A DNA stretch of 64,000 bases from Octopus vulgaris. Taxonomy: Eukaryota. The DNA is taken from the NCBI GenBank assembly GCA_951406725.2, contig OX597818.1, forward strand, positions 30,814,001 to 30,878,000, written 5' to 3'. Of this stretch, positions 40,612 to 54,730 are shown one piece after another. The notes beneath the pieces were generated by a model. The model was not told the DNA's origin, searched no databases, and saw only the letters and a list, made by a program, of their open reading frames with translations. How positions within the stretch are numbered: position 1 is the stretch's first letter; each line of letters starts with the position of its first letter. The position numbers were made by a program, and so were the translations under genes.

Positions 40612-42233
40612 CTATATAAAGAAAGAAAAACAAGAAACAATTAAGATGCTTATAACTAATTCTTCATTTATAAAACACATCAACAATGCTCATGCTTTAA
40701 ATTACTCTTGTACTGCTTTCTCTATCACTACATCTAAACTACATTGAAAATATTCAGCCAAAAAGCAGAGTAGCTACGAGGTTAAAGTAGTGAACAATAC
40801 TGGCTGCTTGATCATGAACTTAACTACTGTGCCAATTAAAATGTTATGGCTCTAGTAAAGGCATATAGCCATTTGCTAAATATTCATGGTTGATAAATAG
40901 CACTACATCAACTTCATGATAAAATACAAGTAGAATCCAACAAAAATACTTGCTTCATAATGACTTGTGACATACAAACAAAGCCACAATGTAAGATGGG
41001 GAGGTAAGACAGACAGGCATGGCTGTGTGGTTAAAAAGTGCAACCACATGGGTTCAGGTCAGTCTCATTGCTTGGTACTTTGAGCAAGTGTCTTCTACTA
41101 TAGCCATTGTCCAACCAATATCTTGAATATGGTAGATGGAAGACTGTATGGAAGCCCTTATATATGTCTATCTTTTGTGTTTGTCCCTCTCACTGCTTGA
41201 CAACCAGTTACAACCCCACTGGCAAAAGAAGCAGATAGAGTTAGGAAAGGAAAGAATAAATTTTTTTAAAAAAAGTACTAGTGTTTATTTGTTTGACTAA
41301 ACTCTGAGGCAGCACCCTTGCATGGCCAGTTCGATAATGACTAAAACAAGTAAAAGATGAAAGATAACCTAACAGTAAAGAATATTGCAAATCTAAGTTT
41401 TAAAAGCATTCAAATGTTTAATATTTATTTATTCTTCTATAAACATCAAGTTTATAATTGAAAAGGGATTATATATTCAGACAAAATGATGCCAGGGTAT
41501 TTCAGGTGCCTATTTTATCCTTCAGAGATAAAAGGCCAAGTTGAGCCCTAAAGAATTCAGATCCAGAACAAAGAGAAACAGCATTAAATGCTGTAAGTTA
41601 TCTAATCTGATACCATACTGTTTCTGCCAAATTAGTATATTTTAAATATTTCCATATGGAATCATATTATGATTAATCATTCATGTTTTAATGCCTGTTA
41701 ATTAGAACCATGTGGAGAGCCAACCATGATTATAATTGTGGCAATATATTGCAGAATAAAGGCGGCAAGCTGGGCTGTCTTTATGTTCTGAGTTCAAATT
41801 CCACCGAGGTCAACATTGCCTTTCATCCTTTCGAGGTTGATAAATGAAATACCAATTGCATACTGGAGTAGAAAAGAATATATTGCAGAATAGCCTAAAG
41901 TAACTGTCAGGTGGAACAAAGAATTTACAGTGTCACTCAATCAGTTAATCATAACATAAGGTTCATGCACACCAACAAAATTTACAGAAAATTGAATACA
42001 TTAAAAAAAAAAAAAAAAAAAAAGGTATAGGTGTGACTGTGTAGTAAAAAGTTTGCTTCCCAAGCACATGGTTCTAAGTTCAGTCCCACTGCATGACACA
42101 AAGGGCAAATGTCTTCTATGATAGCATTGGGTCAACAAAGCCTTTGAGTGACTGAAAGAAGACAACCAAATATGTGTCCCCGTAATTTAGCAGTTCAGCA
42201 AAAGAGACTGGATAGGATAAGTATCAGGCTTAA

Positions 42234-43493
42234 CCCTTTCGATACTAACCTGGCTGTAGCCGGCCGAAATTTTTTTTGGTTCATAAGACCGACCCGGCCA
42301 TAGCCAGCCGAGAGTACCCATTGTTATTTAAATGTGAATTTAAGCACAAATCTCGTTAGTACATTTGTGAAAATATGTGATTTCACTTTGTAAATAGTTG
42401 GGTCATAGTATCTGACACTGCTTGACGCGATATCAACTCAGTGAATTTTGTGAGATTTTTTTGGCATCAATTTTTTTTTCAACTTTGAAAATGGATAGAA
42501 GTTTCATGCTATCAAGCAGTGATTCCGATTTTAAAGGTTTTTCAACAGAAAATATAGAGCTATTGAGAAAAAGTATGAATGAGGTAAAAAACACGTGGTG
42601 TACGAGAATGAATAGGATATTTCTGTATCCGAAACCGAAAGCAGCGATTCTGAAGAAACTGAAAGCGGCGATAGCGACAGCAAAGATGATTTTACATTGG
42701 AATGAAGTAAAAACTTTAAGAATGTTTTTATTAGCAATTTTTCTGCGGAGATGGGGTCTATCCAGTCATTCTTCGGAAGCAAAACCATTAGACTTTTACT
42801 TTTTTCAGTATGCTTGTTTGAAGTGATCACTGCAGAAACAAACTGTTACACAGAATGTAAACAAACAGTATATGCCAGGAAAGCCCACGAAATGTGGGAT
42901 CAAAGTTTGGAAAATTTGTGAGGCAAATAGTGGGTACTGCTGTGGATTTAGTTTTTATACAGGGAAAATAATGTTAGTCAGCATGACCTAGGGTACGATG
43001 TGGTCTGGAATTTATCACTTCATACCATAACCATTATTTTTTGACCGATTTTTTTAGTTCAGTCAAACTTGTGGTGGATTCTAGTATTTCAATTTATTTC
43101 ACCTTTATGGTACACCTGTTCTGTTGTGCTTTAAATTCAACTGATGATCTAGTGATGTGCACAATTCTTCTATATAAAAATTTTGTTGCATACCCAATTG
43201 AATATTAGCTGATGATTCATTTTCTATGGTGATGCTTAAACAAAATTTTAATATTTTTACCTTTTGCTCAGTTTACCCGGATTTACCTGTAATTAGAGTC
43301 ACTTTGAGACAAAAGTTATGCAATAGAATTGATTAAGAACCCTTTAATTACGTTCCAAACATCACATTAATATGTTGACAAATAATAAAGTTACAGTTGT
43401 TTAATGAAACTAGTCTAAATTCATGATTATTTTAGAATTTAATTGAAACTCATGAGGGGGTGTATTTTGGTCAGAAATATAGTAACGAAAGGG
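42234..43493 (+). mobile_element. Internally deleted piggyBac transposon (1260 bp) nested in a SINE
   Basis: TTAA TSDs at 42230-42233 and 43494-43497; CCC..GGG ends; remnants YMPGKPTKCGIKVWKICEANSGYC and LGYDVV; SINE A sequence resumes after the right TTAA. Confidence 0.9.
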
Positions 43494-43616
43494 TTAAGAA
43501 AAAAAGTACTGGGGTTGATTCATTCAACTGAATGTTTCAAAATGATGTTCATGTTGAAATAGTGCAACAGCTTGGGTAGGTTGAAAAAAATGAGAAAATA
43601 GCAAAAATTTACATAC

Positions 43617-43704
43617 CTGACTGAAAGTGGGTTTGTTGTGCAGGCGAGAACATCTTTCTCCATGCCTACAAGCTCCAATTTTGAAGTAAAAGGAACAATT
43701 AACC
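43617..43704 (-). CDS. U2AF1: U2AF1 exon 2 (zinc finger 1)
   Basis: ttttaag / CAG|gtatgt; (K)[33 protein letters not shown] finger; 88 nt. Confidence 0.97.
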
Positions 43705-45706
43705 CTTAAAAGGAAATTAAACACAAGTAAATACACTGAAAACGAAATTATATGCCAAATAAAGGAAAGTGAAACAGCTTTCAAATTAGCATAAAAAATG
43801 ATTACCACTGAAATTTCTTACTAGAATTTCTTTTGTGAATATTAAAATCATAATCATTCACTATAATTAACATATTTTTACTAAAATTGTATACATGTTG
43901 GTACTATGAAAAGCAAAACAGTTTCATAGCATGATTAAGAAATCATACAATATAGGAACTGCACTCTGCCACAAGAAAACGGTATGTCATTTGGAGTACA
44001 ACAATGTTATTAGGTAGAGTCAAGGTTTCAGAATAAAGCTATTAAGATTTTATACCAGTGTATCAAGAATGGCAAAAGAGAATGTCAGCTTTTATTTCAT
44101 GAATGCAAAAAGGGGAAAAAAAAAACAAAAAAAAACTTAATTATAAAACAGTAGCCAATAAGATGGATTGTACATGGAATTCAAAAAGGTATAGCCTTTT
44201 CACATAGTTTCATGTAAATTCAACTTGGGAATTATGGCAAGAATATGTCTGTGGAATGCTCAGCTATTTGTATCTAATAACTGAATCCCCACTGGCAAAC
44301 AACAGAAATCCACCACTGCTCCTGTACACTGTAACCGTGATGGACTAACTAGCCTTCTGATCAGGGAGAATGTTGCCCAGCTTGCCTAGCCAGCAGGATG
44401 GCATCATTTGAGAGCTAAAACAGTGCAAAGCACATTGTGACCAGTGACATATAACAACACCAAAGAGTCTGGTTAATACTGTATTTATGCATACATACAG
44501 ACACACACATATATATATGATGATGATATATATATACTGCATTTTAGGTTGTTTGGAAAATATTGTTCTGGAATAGATGTTTAGTAAATCAGAAAGAATC
44601 TAGGGTTTTATTATTATTATAAGGAGGTGAGCTGGCAGAATTGTTAGCACACCAGGCGAAATGCTTTGCAGTATTTCATGCCGATATGTTCTGAGTTCAA
44701 ATTCTGCCAAGGTTGGCTTTGCCTTTTATTCTTTCGAGAGTTGATAAATTAAGTACCAGTGAGACACTGGGATCTATGTAATGGACTAGTCCCTTCCCAC
44801 CAAATTTCAGGCCTTGTGCCTTTAGTAGAAAAGATTACTATTATTACTGACAGTAGAGATGAGGAGGTATGCAAGGGAAAGATGGTACTCCTTTATTTAA
44901 AAAAAAAATAAATCCAGGAGTTGAATTTTTATAGCCTATGATTTCAATCCTGAACCTCAACATACCTTAGTTCCAAAAACTCATTTCCATCACTGATTAT
45001 TGGATGTGGTCTGAAGGAGGGAGCTAAGCCTGTGGCCCTAGCCAGCCCACTGATGTTTATGCCATTAATGTTATTGAACAGTTAGTTTTGATTAGAAAAC
45101 AAAGAGTACTGAATTAAGCATATCACCATCATTATTTAATATCCCACGTAAGAGCATTTCGTAGATGGAAACTGAAAGGAACCCATTGTATACCATCATC
45201 ATTTAACACCCCTTTTTCCATTCTGGCATGGGTTGGATGATTTCATAGAATACAGCAAGCTACAGGGCTATGCCAAGCTGATTTCTATGTCAGAATGCTC
45301 TTTTTAAAGCCAACCACCTTACAGTGTGTAGTGGGTACTTTTTGTGTTATTGGTATTAGTGACGTCACCAAGTGGCTTGCAAGACGTAGGAAAGTCTCTG
45401 TAGAGGTCACAGGAGGTGTGACGAAAGATTTTCAGACAATGGACACCAAAGTAAGAACAATAATAAATCTGAAGTGAAAAACGAGCATATAGTGCGTGGG
45501 TTTATTTGGAAAAAGAGAAAGACCATCCAGAAATATAACAATATCTGTTTCAACGCACGATTTCACATCGGGAATATTGTAAAACAAATACATAAAAATA
45601 AAAAAAAATTGAGAGGAAATGGGGAGGAGAGGAAGTCTTTCCCTCTATACTTCTGCCGAGTACAAATTTATTATTCATATACAAGAATGTTGTTGACGGT
45701 AATGGC

Positions 45707-45956
45707 TCACCTTTCTGCAACGATTTCTTTCAGAGTAATTTCCCGCAGGAATATGACAAAGTGAAATTAAAGTGTTCATTCATATCGTGTATGCAAACAC
45801 ATTTTACTTGTGGCAATAAAACCGTTTGTTTTCAAAAAATCCATAATTTTCTCTGGAGCAAGCTGCTTCAATATTTTCTCAAATGAACACTTTAATTTCA
45901 CTTTGTCATACTACATGCGGGAAAGTACTCTGAAAGAAATTTTTGCGGAAAGGTGA
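45707..45956. repeat. Foldback/MITE with inverted arms of about 75 bp
   Basis: 45707-45780 is the imperfect reverse complement of 45882-45956. Confidence 0.85.
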
Positions 45957-47114
45957 ATAGATTAATTACATATTTCTTTCATTATGTCATCGCAGTTTTG
46001 TGAGATTTGGCTATTATTTCTAGCATGTTAGTAGCCTGCTTGAAGGCCAAGGCCGTAGAATCGGGAAGGGAGGAGCAATTGAAATTTTGAAAAATTTTTT
46101 TTCATAATTGGATCCTCCATAACCAAAAATGTAGGATTCCGTAAAAAACAAAGGAAAACCAATATTTTCCCATTTTACTCGAAGTTATGACGGAAAAATT
46201 GGATCTTGTGAATTTTCCGAAAGTCCCTTCCCCACTCCACGGGTCGGCAGCGCACATTTCTTTTTTTTTTTTTTCATATTCGTTTTCCACACCAGGCTGG
46301 TTTATTATTATTATTATTATTATTTTGTTCCTGGGTGAAGGTCTTTATATTGACCATCTATTCTGCCAGCCGAATGAATAAAATAGCATTTCACATTTTT
46401 TAATCTTGCAAGTGATGCCCTAGATATTACCTCATAAAAATCTAAAATTTACACTGCGCCATCCCACAAATAAATAAATACATATGTACACCCACACATA
46501 TCTAAAAGCTAACCGCAATTAATTAAAATGTCTAATACTAATAAATTGTTAGTTTAGTAACAAAATCATTTTCCCTATCTCCCTCTAAAATTAGCAATCT
46601 AGTGCGACGAACATTGAAAATAACTTGTAATTAAATTATCATAAATTAAGCCATTTCGTTTTATTCCTTATGACTTTAATCCTATACGAATGTCGCTATG
46701 TTCTGTGTGACTGACTGAAAAGAAAGTCAATATTAGCCGACATAATTTATTCACATAATTATCATCGATTATTTTCATGAAAATGGCCTTTAACACATAA
46801 AAACTAATATTTTAAGAAATAAAACGTAATGCTTTTAATTAAAGGATGCCAAACAACATAGAGGGAATCATTTTCATTCAATATTTATAACAAAGAGATT
46901 GCTTTTTCCCCGTGAAAATATTTCTCGACAGAAAAAAATCAAATAAATTTGATAAATGGAAGCGGGTAAAACTGCTACACGGCATACGATGAAGGAAATA
47001 TGAACAAAGCTTCTTCTATATAAATCAATAACAAACAGAGATTGGTTTAAATAACAGAAAGATACATAAGGATAAACATTTGAGATATAAAATAAATTTG
47101 TATAAATGAATTAC

Positions 47115-47158
47115 TTGTCCTTTTCTGTGCCAAAAATTGACGCAAGATACTCAGCCAT
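47115..47158 (-). CDS. U2AF1: U2AF1 (U2AF35) coding exon 1
   Basis: ATG at 47158; MAEYLASIFGTEKD-AA|gtaatt; 44 nt. Confidence 0.97.
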
Positions 47159-50100
47159 CTTCCCAACGTCTTCAGATGAGCTGAATTGTATTATGGGAAA
47201 ATATTTTGACAATTTTTGTTATGTCTTTTCTCAAACAAACATTTTTACTTTAATATAAACGGGATTAAATTTAAAATCTAAAATCAGATAAAGAATAATT
47301 TTCTAAAACGTACTTTTATGAAATAAATATCATCGGCTAAACCCGTAAATTAATGTTGATTAGCAAAGGGAAGTAATGCGCTAGCTTTTAGTAACAGTTT
47401 TATGTTAATTAAAAAAAAGAGGCTTTTATTAACGAAGTCACTTTAAGCTCATTAGAATAATTACTTTGGTGTATTACTACTTTGAGATTAAATCCTGATG
47501 CAGTTAACTTTGCCTTGCTTTTCCTTCATTCGGGCGCAATAAATAATTTTAGTACTATAATGGGTCTGTGATAACGTTTTCATATTTCGGCAAAAAAATT
47601 TCATCGAGCTTACTTTAACTACCATTAACCCTTGAACGGTGGGAAAGGGTTGCATGAATGCGTGTGCTAAACGGGCAAAAAATTAAAAAAAAAATAAAAG
47701 AATATTTCTATTAATAAAAAATTTTCAAAATATTTATTTTTACTTTAAAAGAGTACAAAAGCTATAATCTCTTGTACATTAAATTTACAATCTCCATATC
47801 GAAAAGTGCCTTAAAATATTCACTTTCTTTTGGTGATTGCTATATACATGTACAATTTTTGAAACATTCGCCGTTCTAGGGTTAAGAAGAGCCAGAAGAG
47901 ATCTAAATAGGATCTCGTTAAATAAAATCCTTTCGGTAATATACCAATTGGATTGACATAGTGGCAACGTCTTGTTTTTGCGAGGAATCGAGAACTGCTT
48001 TCTCCAAACGTGCACCTACTGCATTTAAGAAAAACACGAAGAGAATAATTTTGTGACTTCAATTGGCACAAATAAATTTTATCTTCGGTGTCACAGGTCT
48101 GGTAATAATACAACAAAATCCCTCAAATCTCTATGAATGCAATGACATGCAATATCTGAAGATTTCTCATAGCAACCAGATTGATATGCTTAACTACAAT
48201 TTAGAGCATATTTGTCACCCTCAGCTTCAGCAAAGCTTTCGATGTATGGCATGCGAATCTCTTATCTAAATCAATGTGTTTTATCCGTCTCTCATCTCTC
48301 GGATCAGTAGCATCTCTATCATATCGCAGTACTGTCGCATGTATTTTTACGTTTCGAGTTTAAATTCCGCCGAGGTCACCTTTGCCTTTCATTCTTTCGG
48401 GGTCGATAAAATAAGTACCAGTCGAGCACTGGGTCGATGTAATCGACTTACTCCAGCCCACGAAATTACTGGTCTTGTTCCAAAATGGGAAACTAATATC
48501 ATGGTGTCAATGGAGACCGTTCTCTCCCTCTATCAATTTCGGTGTGTCCCAGAATTTTATACTCACTGTATTCTCTCTATACATTAATGATGACAATACT
48601 TCATGCCTCCCTAACATTCTCCATCTATATATCACCCCGGGCTCGCAACCAAGAAACTTCATGCCAAACTCACAATGACACCCTGAACAGAGATCCCGAA
48701 AGCAACCCTCCAGTGAGGATACAGCAAACTTGTCTCTTTCAACGGGAAAATACAAACGCTAGTCGTATCAAGAGAGCATCATTACATCACATCCTCTCAA
48801 TCATGAGTAACACTCAAATAGAACTTTCGAAGACTGCTTGAGTGTTTCTTATGACTGAGACTCAACAGTTAGGTGTCTCATTACCGTTGGGGGACCTCTT
48901 TTGGTAAAAAACACTCCTTAACAGCGCAGAAGATACTTCAATCCCCAAATAGCAGTCAATTTGCGACAAAGTTGATGTTAGGCCTACAATAGATTCCTGC
49001 GCTCACACTCATACACACATCCTTGACCAAATCTAGAAAAGGGTCACCCGACTGACTGGCATAAAGTCACTTAGAAACACATTCCTATCACTATGTCACA
49101 GGCGCTCTTACTATCGTTCTTTCTGTTTTTCTACCTTTACTACTGGGTAGGCTCCACTCCAGCACTCACATTCTACTCGTCATTTTCCCTCATCCCCCTT
49201 GTTATGTCTAATCCCCATTCCACGCACTAAACACAATGTTCAGTCTTTCTTTCCAGAACGTCGGTCTTTCTGGATCCTTTCCAGCAGGTGTTGTCTTATT
49301 TGAGTTCAAGAGAAACGATAACGACATTTTTCAATGTTGTGACTTTATTTTCATTTAGCGAAATTTACAACATAAAGGCATTATATAAAGTTGTCCATGA
49401 TACGAAACCTCGACTATTTAATATTATTTGCTTCCCTTTCTGTTTTACGTGATACTTTCCTATTACGTGATAATGATACCGTTATAATTTGTTGTTCAGG
49501 AGTGGCAAGCATACCTGACACACACCAAACAACCCCATTCTTAATTTCCCTCTACTAAAAAAATAAGCACAGCGAATAAGATACATAGAAAAAAAACGAT
49601 AAGAAGCTCAAGAATTAAAATGGATTATAATAAATTTGACAGCTACACTTGTGTCCTCTTGCAACTTTTATTTTCTTGGAACTTCCAAAAAATGCCCATT
49701 TCCTAAAATTTTTTTGCTGAGATAAGGGTGTAGATAATGATTATGTAAGTAAAATGTAGGAATAGAGAAAATTTTCATTATCGAACCATTCTTCCCCTCC
49801 CCCTCAGACATCGTTATCAATTAATTTCCGTAACTAGCATTTTTCACTTTCTAATTTATTTTTTTCAGATATATATGGTTAAAACATACGTTCCCTTTAC
49901 TTAAAAAAAAAAGTCATTCGAGAATGTGTTTTAAAGAGAGTGACAAAGAAACAAAGTTGAAAGTGGGTGAGAATGATCCCTGATCAACACCGTCGAAAAC
50001 ATATTTCTGCAAATTTTTATTTAAAAAAATGTATTTTTGAGAAAGATATGAAGAAACAGAGTCAGGAGAATAGGGGCGCCAAACTATAGTCATGGCATAC

Positions 50101-52870
50101 ATTAGTGATATTCATGATTATCATAGGTAACTAAAACTACTGATAAGTACATGCAAGAGACAAAGCATTCCGCAGTAAATAAAGTATAAAAATCGAAATT
50201 TCCATAAATGTTAACTTCATACAAAATGCCTATTTATATATTTAAATATTTATGACAATAATAGTTCACTTTATTTTTCTTGTTTTTTTTTTCACTTGTT
50301 AAGTTGTGCAGAAGAAAATTATGTGCAATTCTAATAAAGTTACTTCCTGTTGTAAGTGTATGTGTCATTTATTTAAAGGGAGTGACGTGACTGACTCCCT
50401 ACTAAAATTTATTGCTAAAAACCAAGTACGTACATATTTATTGTATATTATTAATTACTGTTTGAAAGTACATCTAATTTTCTTTGTAATGATGAACTTT
50501 TCCTTTTGAATTTTTAACTGTGACTAATATGAAAACAAAGCTCAAATAATACTGTCGTTTATTTTTTTATTTAAGAAAAAACTCATTGAATTTTAATTTT
50601 ATTCCTTTTCAGTAATAGGTTGAATAGTAGATATATTTAATCTTTATAAACAGGGCTTAGCCATAAGTCAGTCCTAATCGTTTCCTTAGTAGTATCTTGG
50701 ATTCCATTAATTAGCGTGTCCTTTAAAACATCAGGATGTTAATTTGAAAGAGATTTGGCTGCCATTTCTAGCAGCTGGAATGGTCATGTAGAGACTACCT
50801 ACTTAACTCGTATAAACTGTTTTTTTTTGTTGCTCTACAGGGAATTACACTGGAGCAATGGAACCGTAGGTTCAACTCCCATTAGGGTCTCACTTTTTAT
50901 AGACCAAAAACAAAACAAAACCAAGACAGAAACGAAAATCAGGCAAAATAGGAAAATGTCAACTCAAGTTTTATTTTTCAAAATGTTATCTTAGCTAAAG
51001 TTGTGCCTTGTTTTCAGAAACTTAAGATTCTTTTAACATCTCGAATATAAACTTTTTAATATCGAGTTAATGAGCCTCTACCGCGGCCTTTCAATTTGCT
51101 AGAATTAACTGCCAATTATTCCTCATATTACACGTTTACCGACTTCAAAACAATACAATGAACAGTGTAGTTTTGGACAAATAAAAATCACGGTATTTGT
51201 CATGGGTTGAACGTTTTGGTCATTATTAGGTTTGCACGATCAAGAATGCTTTTTGTGCACAACTTGACAGGTACCAGTTAAGATTGATATACAGTTATTT
51301 TGATAAGAAAATTTTTTATCATTATTTTTATTTACATTCTCAGCTTTATCATTCCATGATAATAATATAGAAATAGAAAACCACAACAATGGGGGAAAAA
51401 ATGGGCATATCTACACAAATGTGCCCTCGCCCCTCATCCGACTTTGTTTCCTTATAACTTTCCTATAAATGGATGGTTTTTAATGAAATTTTCTACAACT
51501 ACCTTTCAGGTTGTTTAAATTACGACTGTATTTGAATCTGATGTAAGAAAAGAAAAGAAAAATAATTTGTGGGCGCAAATACATACAATTCTTTTCAAGA
51601 TTTCAAGTTTCATTTTGTTGATACTAACAACTCATTTCTAAAGCTGTGTGAACTGGAATCATGTGAAATAGTGTCTTGCTCAAGAACACAACATGCAGCC
51701 TGATCCGGAATTGAACTCACAACCTCAAGATCGTAAGCTTGATGCTCTAACCACTGAGCCATGTGCCTTCATATATATATTCATACATGCAGGAATATCT
51801 ATGTGTGTGTCTTTCTGTCTCCCCACCACCGTTTGACAACCAGTGTTGGTGTGTTTGTGTTCTTGTAACTTAGCGGTTTAGGAAAAGAGACCAATAGAAT
51901 AAGTACCAGGCTTAAAAAATAAATACTGGGGTCGATTCATTTGACTAAAATTTCAAGGTGGTGTCACAGCATGGCCATAGTCATAGACTGAAACAAGTAG
52001 AAAAAAAAAAAAAAAACTACTTTTTTGAAAGTTACAAAGTTGGCACCGCTGTGTGGGAGTACACTTGTGTAGGTATATCAAAAATTCAGTATGCTATTTG
52101 ATACAATAAAGATAAGTACCTTTTTGTCTTAGTCTCTAGGAAGATCAATGTATCCCTTTGTAGCCCAAAAATGTCCATCTAAGGGTGTACTCTTATATAT
52201 TACGGGTTTAATGTTGCTTAACCCCTGTCCCTGTCAGTCCCGATTGATTTATGGTCAAAGGCTATCCATAAGTGACTATTCTCTCTAATTGTATTTTTAG
52301 GTGATAGACTTAATCTGCCTCTCTGTTGCCTTTAACGCTTTATCATTTAAACTGACCACATCTGACCCAACTATTTGTATTTGTTTTATATTCAAACTGG
52401 ACAGATCTAGCCTTTCAACACCACTACAATGTCATTCTACAAATAAACAACCACATCATTGAATCTCAAAGCACCAAGATGATGCATGATTAGTTCAAAA
52501 CAATATGAATAAATAAACATTACATTTGACAATGTAATCTGATTGCTAAAGGGTTAGCAGAATCCAATTTGTTGTGAGCATTTGAGCCTTGTTTCTGGCC
52601 TGAGAATAAACCTTTCTCCTATTGTTTTTTTTATCTTGAAAGGATCTGGGTGTTTGCCTTTCATTCTCTGACTGTTATTAAACCAAAAACAAACTGAAGG
52701 GCTTTTTTGATTGCTAATCAGTTTGACATACATACATACACATGCATGCACACACATTCACTCACTCATGCACACATCCATTTGCAAGCACTTCTACAAT
52801 ATAATATGTATGTGAATATTTTGGCTTGTATTGAAAACTTTTAACATATATTTAAAATTATCTTCTAGAC

Positions 52871-52931
52871 ATGGATCTCCGAAGAGTGAAGGATGATGTC
52901 AAGTTAGACTTATGCCGGACATATTACAAAG
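52871..52931 (+). CDS. PSENEN: Gamma-secretase subunit PEN-2, coding exon 1
   Basis: MDLRRVKDDVKLDLCRTYYK G|gtaatg; acceptor ttctag 2 nt before the ATG implies an upstream non-coding exon. Confidence 0.93.
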
Positions 52932-53521
52932 GTAATGTTAATGGAGAAGAAACAGGGTGTATGAATAAAATAGATAATGTTACTAGCAGATAATAAGCAA
53001 TTAAAGAATAAACCATGAAGATAATGAGGCCTTACTGTTGTCAGTTAATCCCCCATGTCAGGTCTGCTCAAAGTTGTTTCAGCTGTGACTGATATGTCAT
53101 TTTGTATGTGAGTGTCTATACTGTCAAGTATCTCCTTTTGAAACGGGAGAGAAATATGGTTGCTATATCTAGCAGGTTAAGTGATCATACAGAAGCTTTT
53201 GAAGTTTTGACTGGAAGGGTGTCCAAGTATAAGAGTCTCTTTACAAGACAAAGTGTCCAGATTTATGAAAACTAATCCATTCATGTGACACATGTATGTA
53301 AATAGAGAGATCTACAGAGAATTATACTTGAGACATTTTTGAACCTGTAAGAAGGCCATTCACTAGATTTTGCCCTGGAGAAAAATTCTTGTAGACAAAA
53401 ACTTGTAGACACAGGAATTTAGATAGAAAATAATGAAGTGTGGTAGCAGTGAAATAACAATTTTGAAAATACACACTTTGATGACAGTGATATTTTATTA
53501 TATTATTTTATTGTTTTTCAG

Positions 53522-53626
53522 GTGGTTTTGCACTACTGCCATTTTTATGGTTTATTAACTTCCTGTGGTTCTTCAGAGAAGCTTACCGCCGGCCAGAGTT
53601 TGAACAACAGAAACAAATCCGTACAT
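53522..53626 (+). CDS. PSENEN: PEN-2 coding exon 2
   Basis: tttttcag / T|gtaagc; [35 protein letters not shown]. Confidence 0.96.
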
Positions 53627-54363
53627 GTAAGCAGCTATTTCGATTTGCTTTCTTCACTTCATTACTGAGTTGATATGTCTTCATGTATTTTTCTTTGAAA
53701 TAACAGAATCAACAAGGGCTTATAATGATTAAAAAATGAGAATAGTGATTGTTAAATGGTGAGGATTTTTTTGAAAGTTACAAAGTTGGGTGTGGGAGCA
53801 CACTTGTGTAGGTATACCAAAAATTCAGTATACTATTTGATACAATAAAGATAAGTACCTCTTTGTCTTAGTCTCCGGAAAGGTCTATGTTTCCCTTGGC
53901 TGTATTGTTAAGAAATGTGCTTTTCAACTACATGGTTTCAATCCTACTGCATGGAATCTTGGACCAGTGTCTTCTACCATTACCTCAGAATGTTCAAAAT
54001 CTTTTGTTTGAAATTTGGTAGATGAAGCCATATGGAAGCCCCCCCAGAAGGATCATTTCTATTTTTGATTGGTAGACATAATTTGTCATTTGTTTATAAT
54101 ACCACCATCTGGCCTTTGGAAACCTTTAGCTGTGGCCATAGTGGTTGTTGCAAGTTTTCAGACTAGATCTCTGGTTTGACTATAACTTCCTACCAGTTTC
54201 AGAGGCCCTGAAGAGAATCATTGGTGTTGCACTTCCTCTTCTGACAAAACAAAATGAAAAGCCTGGCTATTAGATTCAATAGTTTCAAATATCTTTGTAT
54301 GTTTACTTTATTTGACGGCATAAAAGATGCATGAGCATATTAGACATCCCAATTTCAGCAGGG

Positions 54364-54730
54364 CATCATCATCAACATCATTTAACATCCATTTTTCCAG
54401 TGCTGGCATGGGTTGGACATTTTGATAGATGGCAAACTGAAGGGCTGCATCAGGCCCCAATTGTCTGTTTTTGGTATGGTTTCTACAAGTGGATGCCATT
54501 CCTAATGTCAACCTTTTACAGAGTATACTGGGTGCTTTTTATGTGGTGCTAGCATAGGTACTTTTTCATGTGGGACTGGCATGGGTGATTTTTACATGGC
54601 ACCAGCATGGGTGCTTTGTACATGGCACTGGCATGGCTGCCTTTTATGTGGTGCCAGCATGGGGGTTTTGTACGTGACACTGGTGGTGCTCTGTATGTGG
54701 TAATGGCACAGGTACTTTTTACATGGTACC
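54364..54730 (-). mobile_element. RTE-tail copy with a short diverged 26-bp array
   Basis: (CAT)n start and RTE 3'-UTR match, then repeats of the GGCACCAGCATGGGTGCTTT type. Confidence 0.7.

Noticed and set aside
38400-43600. Vertebrate-style duplicate of U2AF1 exon 3 (exon Ab)
   Set aside because: Only one 67-nt exon 3 was found by eye and no second NPQN-encoding exon
48820-48870. Minus-strand hammerhead-like CTGTTGA...GAAA
   Set aside because: Stems I and II do not pair convincingly and there is no clear Penelope context
50340-50432. PSENEN non-coding first exon or promoter (ACTTCCTGT, TGACGT, candidate donors gtaagt and gtacgt)
   Set aside because: Plausible, but short motifs alone cannot fix a TSS or exon without transcript data
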